64,000 nt of DNA from Mytilus californianus. Lineage: Eukaryota. Below are positions 39,085 through 50,269 of this stretch, piece after piece. Position 1 is the first letter of the stretch; the number at the start of each line of letters is the position of its first letter. Position numbers and translations under genes: made by a program. The stretch is from NCBI RefSeq assembly GCF_021869535.1, contig NW_026262734.1:100254001-100318000 (forward strand). Reading direction: 5' to 3'. Below the pieces are notes generated by a model. That model saw nothing but the letters and a program-made list of their open reading frames with translations. It searched no databases and was not told where the DNA came from.

Positions 39085-39510
39085 CACATCTCCAGAGTCG
39101 TGTATGTATATTTGAAAAAGTTTTAATTTTCAACAAGGAAAGTGAACAAAATTTTAAAAGCATGGGTGTATAAAGCACACTGTTAAAGTAGAACAACATC
39201 ATTTCCCCTGAAACTAAATATTTATCGCATTTTTAAATCAATCAATATCTAAATACACCATATTTCCAATACTTTATCAACAACCCCATGCACACCTTTT
39301 ACCTTAAATAAGGAAAGATCGAAGCAGTCCACAGCTTTTTAGAGAGCTAAAACTTGTGATTTTCTTAATTTTCTATATCATTGATGCGTTTTGTTTTAAT
39401 CTGTGTCAAAACAAGCGTTTACCAGAACGTAATAGGTGTTTGCACATAACGTGATAGGCGTTTGTCATTAACGTAATAGGTGTTTGTACATAACGTAATA
39501 GGTGTTTGCA
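39085..39510. repeat. Composite repeat: segment X (39085-39348), segment Y and an inverted 22-bp array
   Basis: X matches 32945-33230 in direct orientation. Y plus the array matches 35395-35501 in inverted orientation. Confidence 0.75.
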
Positions 39511-40381
39511 CAAATGTCTTTGTATATATTTAAACTTTACTGTTTTGTCCATTTAGACTAAATTAAATCTACTTCTTTTGATGTGGCTCGGCATTTATTC
39601 ATCCCGCCATTGTGTTATTGTGCTAAGGTCATTTTTTTTTTATTCTTGTCTTTCATTTTTACTTTTTCTGTAGAGTGTCTTTATGCAATATCGTTTTTCA
39701 TTATTGAAATATTTATTTGTTTTTCTAGTGATTAACATTACAACATAATGTTGACTGCTGTACCCCAATTTTCGACATTTTTACCTAATTCAATGTATAT
39801 GTATGTCTGCTTGTTTTGCTAACACATTGTAGTCAATATAATGGAATTCTATGCGACTGTTAAACAAATGGGATGTTTAGCTAGCTAGAAAACCAGATTT
39901 AACCCACGGTTTTTTACATAACAAAACACCTGTTCCAAGTTCGGAATATGACAGTTGTTTTTCCATTCGTTTAATTTGTTTGAACTTTTGATTTTGCCAT
40001 TTGATAAAGGGTTTTTCGTTATGAATTTTCCTTAGAGTACGGTATTTTTGTTATTTTAGCATACTTTTTTAAATTTTATACCAGAGTTTTTGACAAAAGA
40101 TATATTTGTTATTGTTTGATTATTTCTGCTAATAGATATATCTTTGGATAAAAACCAAGTATAAACTATAGTTTGTAGCAACAAAAAAAATATTTCTTTT
40201 GTTTGCATTTAAGTTCTGAACAGTTTGTTCCTTAGAACTGTACACGATCCTGTCTTTCTGTACTGTTAATGTTGTTGCTGTTTATCAGAGTGACCGACAG
40301 CATGGTTTCATATCAGTATGAACGTCAAGTAATTGCATGTATATTTTGATACGTTTATCATTTCTTTGTTTGCTCTTGATA

Positions 40382-40619
40382 AGAGCATTTGCATTATTCA
40401 CGTATTTGCTGGCGTATCCGTATCGACGTATCGTATCAAACTTATATGAGGAAAGGATAAATTAAGTCGAGTTGGTCCCGATGGATATATTTATAATGCA
40501 TTTGATTTTAATTTAATTTTAATAGAGGTCTGGGCTAAAGCATTATTTTATACAAATCCGCCCGATACGTAGACTTCGATCCGTGCACGTATCAAGATAT
40601 AGAATAATGCAAATGCTCT
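40382..40619. mobile_element. MITE-like element, ~240 bp
   Basis: Perfect 18-bp TIR AGAGCATTTGCATTATTC / GAATAATGCAAATGCTCT. The TSD is unclear. Confidence 0.55.
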
Positions 40620-41083
40620 AATAGTCAGTTTCCATAAATACGTTATTGCAGAGTAAATCATCAGCTTTTACTTCGCCACATGTGTTATTAAGAGTACACA
40701 CAGTTACTGAAAACTAGTTTAGAGCCAAACGTCAACTAATAAACAAACTGCTGTTTCCCATACTTAGATCACAACCAGTTTATTTCGAATTTCTCTATTT
40801 TCTATTTAAAAACCACAATTTTTAAACAAAGAACTCTTTGATCTAATCAAATTAAAGAGAATCGATTTAGAATTTTAAATATAATGACCACTTCGTCTTC
40901 ACTGATCATTTTATACAATTTCCAAAAATCAAATTTACATAAAGAAAAATGGTTGTTTGTTTATCTTACAATGATAAATCATAGATAACAGAATTACAAT
41001 CGTCTATACCTGACACGTTGTATTATACATGTTAAGGCCGTTTTGATTCATATTCAGCAAACAGGACTTTCTTGCTCAATTTT

Positions 41084-42740
41084 TTAATTACAATGATAGA
41101 CCAATATCTCGCTATTTAAGTGTTCAACATAATTTGAAATGAAAAGCTTGGAAAAATCTGTACTGAAAGCAAAGCCATATGGTTCAGTCAACCCATCTTC
41201 TGTTGTCAACATGGTTTTAAGAGATGTATCTTCAATACAAAACAGCTTAAAGTTTGATGTCCTTTCCAGTACGTATACATTTCCAAATTTGTCTGCTTTG
41301 ATATCGATCGTGCGATTAGTAAATTGAGAAGAAATAGATGTAACTGTTCCATCATCTAATCTCACGCATCTAAATTTTTATTCTGATATATCCGACTGAG
41401 CAAAATGAAGTTGATGATTTAGTCCAACTGATATAGAGTGTATATCACCTCCTTCGACATCAAGTGTCTTCTTTAGGTCACCAATTTTGCTGATAATGTA
41501 TATCTTGCCGTCACCACTGACAGCAATTTCGTCGCCAAAAAGTACAATGCCATAACATTTTCCAGGTACTTTTATCTGTCGGCCCTTTTCCATTTTAATG
41601 ATATCTACTGTCTGAACGCATGATGTATCAGGAACTGTGACCCATGCTGTATTTTTTGTCTTCTTCAATAGCTATCCCCCATTGACACCCGTTCATTTGA
41701 ATTTTCGTCAATTGTTGGCCTGAAATAACAAATAACTTAGAACCGCTCTGATTACACAGGAATAATCTTTTGTCTTTTGTCACACCTATGCTGACAATGT
41801 CTGCATCAGGTACCGCAAATTTTGTAATTAGCTGGAATTGTGTTGGAAGTTTTCTCCGTTGTTGCAGGAATTGCGCTTGCTGGACCTTAAACGGTTTGTA
41901 TTTGATATCAAAGGGAGTCTCTTTGATTTCCACTGAACCAAATGAATTCATAACGGACAGCAAATCGGACTCCTTATACAAAAGAGATGCAGCTTTTTGG
42001 GACGACAGGAATTTTGGAAATTCATTGACACGACCATTCAATTCTTCTTTGATATTATTTATCAACATGAATATTTGACTTTCAGATCCGTGTTTCGACA
42101 CAGATTCAAACTGTTCAGAAATGTTTCGTATCTGTTTTTTGCGATCACATATCTTTTTCAGGTCAACTTTTGCTTTATCTGAGAGTTCAGTATGAACTTT
42201 GTCTACTTTACACATTAAAGCCACTGCAATTTCTTGAATGCGTGTCTGTAACCTCTTTTGAAAATACTGCACCTCTTGTTGTACAGTCACCTTGCTATCA
42301 TCAAGAGTTGATACACTTTTCTCCTTTTTGTCTCCAAGCTCCATTACAGTGGAAATTAGCATGCGGACATCAGTGACAATGTCTTCATACGTTGTTGAAC
42401 TTTTGACCCCTTTCGCAGCAACTTCAATTGGAAGTATCTTGTCACATGATCGATGGTCACTAGCCATACAAGACCGACAACACAGTTTATCATGATCGGA
42501 GCAAAAATATTCTAAAACCATATCGGGATGAACTTTGCAGAATTTACTTATGTTGAATCCTATTCCGTCAACTGCATTTATATCTATTACATGATGGGAC
42601 GAGGACACTTTCATGCTTCCGTGAAAATCTAAACATTCTGAACAGAACCCGTCCTCGCAGTCTGTACAGTATTTTACAGCTTTGGTGGATCTACTTCTTC
42701 TGTCACAGGTTCCACAAAACATATCTATGGATTTTGCCAT
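41084..42740 (-). pseudogene. RING-less TRIM-like gene A (2 B-boxes, coiled coil, NHL-like beta-propeller), disrupted; about 551 aa if repaired
   Basis: B-boxes CGTC..CTDC..FCSECLDFH..HH and CKVH..FCSDHDKLCCRSCMASDHRSC. There is a +1 in the A6 run (41652-41657) and an in-frame TAA at 41378-41380. The acceptor TTTTCAAG| lies 3 nt before the ATG. Confidence 0.9.
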
Positions 42741-44205
42741 TTCCTTGAAAAGACAAGAAAGAATATTTAATTACTGGTCATTACTACATCAGATACCAAT
42801 AATACATCTGTCCACAAATAAGTTAAGATGTCACTTTTTGTAGAATGGCCATGACTTGACTACAAGTGTTTCTTTCCACCTATTGCATTTAATTCAATAT
42901 TCTGACCCAAATATTGCAGTTTAATTACATGTACCTGACCAAATTACAATTTGTTAATAATGTGGAATTCAAGTCTTGTAGTATTGTAGGTATGTTATAT
43001 TATATCACTTTGTACTTTTACAGCTTTTCTCACATTTAACAACACATTTCCTTTATCACGAGTTTTTTGAATCGCTACTGTTTTGACCAGATTGCCGAAA
43101 TGAATTCCCTCCTCAGTCCACATTCAGACCAAAGACAAATAGCATTATGAGGCTTTCGGGGAATGTAACGATTTAAGAAGTAATTGAGGTCTCTCTTAAA
43201 ATGACAAATATTCAGAAGTATGCAAATAATTTTACAAGACAATTTTGAAGTATGAAAGAGCTACGTTATGGTTTTTAAGGGAAACAATTAGTTTCAGTTG
43301 TTGGTTCTTGATGCACTGAGAACCGCACAATGCTGTAGACAATAACAATGATGAATTGAATATAAAATACGGGCACCTGCACTTCTCTATTCAGGACGTA
43401 ATCTCATTTCTAAGATGGGATGGCATCTATTGAACTGCTTTGATAAACAGTCACATCTGATCGGGGTATACTTTATGTTCGGAATGTACCACACACATTT
43501 CCACGTTGAAGACCCATTGGAATAATACTTTCGGTCTTTCATGTACACAGGTTCTGCAAAATCTTTCACTCTGCTCAGGAAGTCCTCATTTTTAGTGGTT
43601 CTTGTCGGCTCTCTGTCAATACGATAGAACTTATCAAATTGAACAAATGTTTGATTCTTATCGACCAAATTTGCATTGAAAGAAACTGAACATATGACAA
43701 CAAATACCAGTTCTACGGTGAAATGAAAATCCTTTATTCGTCAGGAATCCGATCTTGTTCTTGTGATCATCCGAGTTAACAGTACAACAGTACTTTGATT
43801 TACCGTATCGTACAAGGAAGTATAATATGAACGGATTTACCTTCTGATTTTCTGTCTCGTTCTATTTACGTCTCTCCCTGGTCTTTTTTAAAGTATTTTT
43901 TTCATCTTACTCACACTAATGCTTACCTGAACTATTTTTTACACTTTGTCACCAAACTAGCTGTAATTATATATACACAGTACTACACAGTACTACATTT
44001 ATACATACTTAGTTAATGGCCATTTACCTTTCAGTCGATCAATAAAAAGGTAGATAACTGGCTAGTGAATGTTTACTATGCGTATAAAACAATCTATGCC
44101 TAAATTTACTTTCAATTTTGAACATTCCAATTTAGACTTAATTTAGGTTTTAGAGTCATTGCAGTTTGGGGATAGAAACTGGGAGACATTGAAGGCAAAC
44201 TAAAT

Positions 44206-44363
44206 CATAGGGACTTGACTACAGGTCAGATATATAGCCCGTTTATCGTCTACGTGCATTAAAAAAAAACGTATGCCCCTACTATCCAAAACCTGTGTTT
44301 TTTTCTTAAATGCACGTAGACGATTAACGGGCTATATATCTGACCTCGAGTCAAGTCCCTATG
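44206..44363. mobile_element. 158-bp palindromic MITE with ~65-bp TIRs (CATAGGGACTTGACT...)
   Basis: The ends are near-perfect reverse complements. It is absent from the paralogous position in block B. Confidence 0.85.
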
Positions 44364-46322
44364 GTCTATGTCAGCATTTGTCGCATAACTATAAACAGAA
44401 TTTGTTTTAGATTGCCATCTTTATCATTCACCAAGATTATAATTATTGTTAATTTATTTCAGAAGTTTCCAAACCTGAGAAATATGAATAAAAATCTCTT
44501 CACATGGATCATGGCAAATGAAGATTAAGATTTTAATAAATTATTAAATAGTCTTTTATATAAAAATAAAAACCGCCCAGATGAGACAGAAAAAAAGAGA
44601 TACAAGTAACATTAATTAAAAAAGTGCCGGAACTTACCAAGAGGAAATTCAAAATTATAAGTCGAAAATACACTGACAAGGCCATGTCTCAAAACGTAAG
44701 ACGACGAAAACGCACACTCCAGAAAACACTATAACTGAGCAACATGAATAGCTCCAAAAACTGGGTGTAATATCAGGTGCTCTGGAAGGGTTAATATATC
44801 CTGCTCCTCTAGTGTTACCCGCCATGTTGCTCATGGTAAGTAGAAATTTTGTGATAGAGGGACTTAGGAAAGAATAAGTTTTTTAAAAGCTAACTTTTAC
44901 ACCCTCTGAATAGATTTTACTTACTTACTTATACAAAAATAAGGAGATGTGGTATGATAGCCAATGAGACAACTATCCACCAAAGTTTAAACGAAGTGGT
45001 TGTAAGCAATCATAGGCAGTACTTACTTACGTACCTGATAAAAACATACAACAAAGAACAACACATGGTATATGTAGTCTAATTTAGTACAGGCGCACAA
45101 AGGGGAGGGGATTACTAGCTTGGATTACCACCAGGATGACCCCCTTATTTGAAAAAAAATATATATAAGACGGCATATAATAAAGAGAGGAGGTCAAAAT
45201 GTCAAAATGTCACGGTTATTACTACTACGAACCATGGTCTATTTGTTTTGTACCGTTCCTACTCTGAAGCTCATTTATTTATTTGTTATTATGCACATTG
45301 ATAGAAAACCCTCCATCTTTTATCGCCAAAAAATATGAGCTGAAAATATTTCATGATTATTACAATGACATGCTTTTAAATATTCAAATCAGTGTAAACT
45401 GCATTTATGTTACTTGCACTACAATAATGCACATGTAAATAGCATTAAGAAAGGACAAATACTGACAAATCAAACACGCCTACAACAGGTTATTGAAAGT
45501 AAATGGCACATTGTCCTCATATTTTAATAAGATAGAAAACATATTTTATATGTACCGACCATTTATCTTTCTTTTTGCGGGGGAGGGGTCTAAAAACATT
45601 TGTTCTCTACTACAATCTTATATTTAAATCCCCCCTATGGAGCTCGGATCTCCATTACGGAGCTACATATATATGGTAAATGCATAGACGTAACATGTCA
45701 AACTCCTAACGTTGCCTAGTTTGTCCCCTTTCAAAATCATGGATCCGCATATGATACAGGAACACGATGTTTGCTTAAATCCCACGTTGAATTATTGTTT
45801 TATTTTATTTTTCACTTCCCCTTTGAAAATTTTTTTTCACGAAATTTACGGAATCAACCAAGTCAGACCCCCTTCCCCTAAAAAAAGGATGAATGGTCGG
45901 TGCTATAAACTGACTAAAAATTGTATCACAATGCTTGTATACTGTATACTTTTTATTGGTTCTCTGGTGGATACACCATTGTTTCCAAAAACTTTCTTGC
46001 ACTTCTGCATGTGTCTGTCCCATGTCAGGGAATTGTCGTTGTTTGCTGTTTGTTATATCTGTTTTTCGTCAACTGTTTTGCCATTTCAAATTGGCTGGTT
46101 ATTTTCTCTCTTTCGTATGAATTGTTTCGACTTTTGTCGGAGCCATTTATAGCTGACTATACGGTATGAGTGTTGATAATTGTCGAAGGTCGTTTGGTGA
46201 CCTATAGTTGCTTAAATCCGCTTCATTTGGACTGTGTTGGATAGTTGTCTCATTGGCATTTCATGCCATATCTCCTTATTTTATATTGACACATCTTAAA
46301 AGAACGAAGTATCTGTGATTAT

Positions 46323-48425
46323 GTTCCGGACCATATGGGCATTTGGACCATACGCGTATGGTCACAATCATATGCGTATACTCATTTGGTTATTAACGGG
46401 CCGGACCATACGAGTATTTAGACTATATAGGTATTTTTCGAATAATTCTATCTTTCTTTGCAGGAACACAGCTCATTCTCTGAACAAAAAACGGCACAAG
46501 TTACTATCTGAATGCTTTTATCTTTTACATATTGTCTAACTCTTTGTGTATCTGTTATCTTGCATCCGCTAAGAGTCAATTCAAATCGCCTTTACACTTC
46601 CGATATTCGTCCGTAAGTGAAACCACATGCGTTTGGGGCATGGATTTTTTTTCTGTTTTCTTATTGTTTAAATATTATTTCAGAAACAAAATTTCTACTT
46701 ATTTCTACTTATTTTTATTGAATTGATGTGTTCTTGCTCCTATTTATACGATCTTACTGTCATTGTAAGATCGTATGAATAAGAGCAGGAACACATGAAC
46801 AAATTTAAAAAAAACAATAAGAAATTTTTAAGAAATTATAATTTAATAAAAACAAATTTAAGCACCAAAAGAAATTTTAAAAAGAAAAGAAAGAGGATTC
46901 AATAACCAAAGTGCCTGTGAGTTAAGCAATTTACTTATTCTTTAACATAGATATAGGAAGATGTAGTATGAGTGCCAATGAGACAACTCTCCATCCAAGT
47001 TACAATTTATAAAAGTAAACCATTATAGGTCAAGGTACGGCCTTCAACACGGAGCATTGGCTCACACCTAACAGCAAGCTATAAAGGGCCCCCAAAAATT
47101 ACTTGTGTAAAACCATTCAAACGGAAAAACCAACGGTCTAATCTGTATAAAAACGAGAAACGAGAAACACGTATGAACTACATAAACAGACGACAACTAC
47201 TGTACAGATTCCTGACTTCGGACAGGTGCAAACATTTGCAGCGGGATTAAACGTTTTAATGGTACTAAACCTTCTCTCTTTTCTGAAACAATAGTATAAC
47301 ATCACAACATAGAAAAACACAATTGGAAGGCTTAACTCAATCAAAAAACGTAAATTAACACACAATGAACGAATAAATTTGACCTGTGACACCTGAATGC
47401 AAATACACAGTTAATTAAAAAATTACAAGGGATAAATAACAATAAAATTGAGAATGGAAATGGGGAATGTGTCAAAGAGACAACAACCCGACAATAGAAC
47501 AGACAACAGCAGAAGGTCACCAACAGGTCTTCAATGCAGCGAGAAATTCCCGCACCCGGAGGCGTCCTTCAGCTGGCCCCTAAACAAATATATATACTAG
47601 TTCAGTGATAATGAACGCCATACTAAACTCCAAATTGTAAACAAGAAACTACAAGAAAATTAAAAATAATACAAGACTAACAAAGGCTAGAGGCTCCTGA
47701 CTTGGGACAGGCGCAAAAATGCGGCGGGGTTAAACATGTTTATGAGATCTCAACCCTCCCCCTATACCTCTAGCCAATGTAAAAATGTAAACGCATAACA
47801 ATACGCACATTAAAATTCAGTTCAAGAGAAGTCCGAGTCTGATGTCAGAAGATGTAACCAAAGAAAATAAACAAAATGACAATAATACATAAATAACAAC
47901 AGACTACTAGCAGTTAACTGACATGCCAGCTCCAGACTTCAATTAAACTGATTGAAGGATTATGTCTTCATCATATGAATATCAGGCACAATCCTTCCCG
48001 TTAGGGGTTTAGTATCATACCATCATAACATATATGAGAAGAACATAACCCGTGTCATGCCAACAACTGGTTTTTAAATAACAGTTCATTTAGATATTTC
48101 TTGAAGTAATTTTCCAAAGTCGACATATTGCGTTCCGTATGGACAAATCGAAAATGACCATGTTAAAACTATTTTACTATAATTCTTACTTGTAAATAAT
48201 ATTCACTCTTTTAAATTAATCATTTAAAAATGACTACCATATGATTGAATAAGTGAAAATTTCATTTTTAGAAACTCTTAATTTATGTGACACCTTTTCA
48301 ACGTGAACTTCGTTCATCGTGTCAATTACCCGGACCATACGCGTATGGTTGGACCATATGAGTATATACGAAGATTGTCATGACCATACGCGTATGGTCC
48401 AAATACTCATATGGTCCGGACCAAT
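46323..48425. mobile_element. TIR-bounded DNA element of about 2.1 kb carrying nested retroelement fragments
   Basis: GGTCCGGACCATATGAGTATTTGGACCATACGCGTATGGTC-type inverted termini at 46323-46390 and 48350-48422. Possible 8-bp TSD TGTGATTA/TATGATTA. Confidence 0.7.
46947..48081 (-). mobile_element. Two adjacent retroelement 3' UTR fragments (46947-47320 and Naiad family 2 at 47441-48081)
   Basis: They match 7771-8150 and 3070-3710 respectively. Confidence 0.8.
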
Positions 48426-49154
48426 TATATGATTATATGATTTCATGTCGGTTTCCACCAGTCAAGCGACGTTACTAAAGATCTGATTTTTCATACGCGT
48501 ATACTTAAATCTATCAGAGGTGGTTTTTGGGGGGACAGGGGCCTCCTTATGGAGCTTATATGATAAATGCATAGACTTTATAAAAGTATCACTCCCAACG
48601 TTGGCATGCCAGGGCCCCCCTTTTTCGAAAATCATAGATCCGCTCTTCAGTACGGCACTGCTGTCTTCCCCCTAATTGAAATTAATTGACGCGGACCTAA
48701 GCCTAAGGAAGGTGTGGGTTATGTTAGCTTGCTCACTAAAGATTCTTTCATTTAGTACCTATCACCAATGGTAATGTTCATATGATTTTTTTCCCAATAA
48801 CTTTTAAAACCGCAAAATTCAATAATTCTCTTTTAATTTCATTTATATGCCATTGTACAAAGGATTTTGTAAGAAGACAATAAAAGAATTAGCTGTGACC
48901 TCTAACCTTTATATGTTCCATATCTATACTTGTCTACATACAATAGAAACCTCATGTGTGTCAACTAAGTACAACCAAAAAATGTCTGATTGGTGTATGA
49001 TAACGATACAATAGTATTATAAAAGTGTTGATTACTGCACATATTAAATGGCTGATTTGGTGTTCCTACAATGAACACATTCAACCATTAAATTAGTTGG
49101 GATACACTTATTAACAATTTCTTGGTTTTCACTTTATCTACATTGGAAAAAGAC

Positions 49155-49752
49155 AATTCAAAGGAGTAGGCCCGGTAAGAACCCTTTTTGGTCCCAAAAT
49201 ATAGCGTTCTTACAAAGTAGTTAAAAATGTAACTTTTAGCTATTTATTGGAAAGTAGAATAGAATACTTTTGTTACATGAATATGGGCTGTTTTGACAAT
49301 ACAATGGACATGCATCAGGTACTAGCATCATTTATGCATGCAAAAATACTGAAATCTTCACAATTTTAGCATTTTTGCTAATTTTAAGACGGTTTTTGTC
49401 TGAAATGGAAGTGGCCGCACTTGTGTTCAGTCTTAATATTCAAATATATGTTGTATTTAATGATAATACACATCATATTTAAATGTTGAGACTGAACAAG
49501 AATGCGGCCACTTCCATTTTAGACAAAAACCATCTGAAAAGTGACGTTTTATGGCATATTTGGTAGATTTTTCATATTTAAGCTAAAATTTGAGCGTCTT
49601 TAACGACCGAATCCGTTACAATCTTGAACATAAACTAATTGAGTCAACTGAAGTAGACACTTGATTGTTTGAAAAAGGTCAAAAATCTTTTATCAGATGT
49701 TCTTCGAATTTTAGGCCGAAATTAGCCCTTACCTGACCTTCTCCTTTGAATT
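49155..49752. mobile_element. Non-autonomous DNA transposon of about 600 bp
   Basis: TIR AATTCAAAGGAG(T/A)AGG... at both ends, plus an internal ~45-bp inverted repeat at 49392-49530. Confidence 0.65.
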
Positions 49753-50269
49753 TTATCTATAGTTCCAACAATTAAAATCGATATTGGTATAGCAAATTTA
49801 TCCGAATTCCAGGCTCTCCAGTTGAACAGGTTCGCTTTCAACACCTGGCAATTTAAAACAGCTCTTGGTAGAATTAGAATAGAATCAACCATTTCTAAAA
49901 AAAAATATTTGCTAGTATACGTATTGTTTCCGGTTACAATAGATTCTTCCTGAATATGTAAACATTGTTCGTCTTTGAGAACCAAGCAATCAGCAACAAC
50001 CATATGATTAATTAGTTTAAAAGGTTTTCGGTTCTATCTATTAGAACAGATTTTGATGTAAAGTTTGTGACTTGTAGAAGGTTGATCAGAGAAGTATGGA
50101 GGTAATTATATTTGAAATTTGAAATTGATTCTCTTTAATTTGATCAGACCAAACAGTAACAAATTTATTATTAAAAAGTTTGTTTGTTCATCACAGAATT
50201 GTAACATCCATGATGAGTAGGTAATTTTTAATTCATTATTTAACAAACATTACTCGCTCACTCCATTTT

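Noticed and set aside
45712-46169. 146-aa and overlapping ORFs
   Set aside because: They span MITE/repeat sequence, and the paralogous block B does not preserve them.
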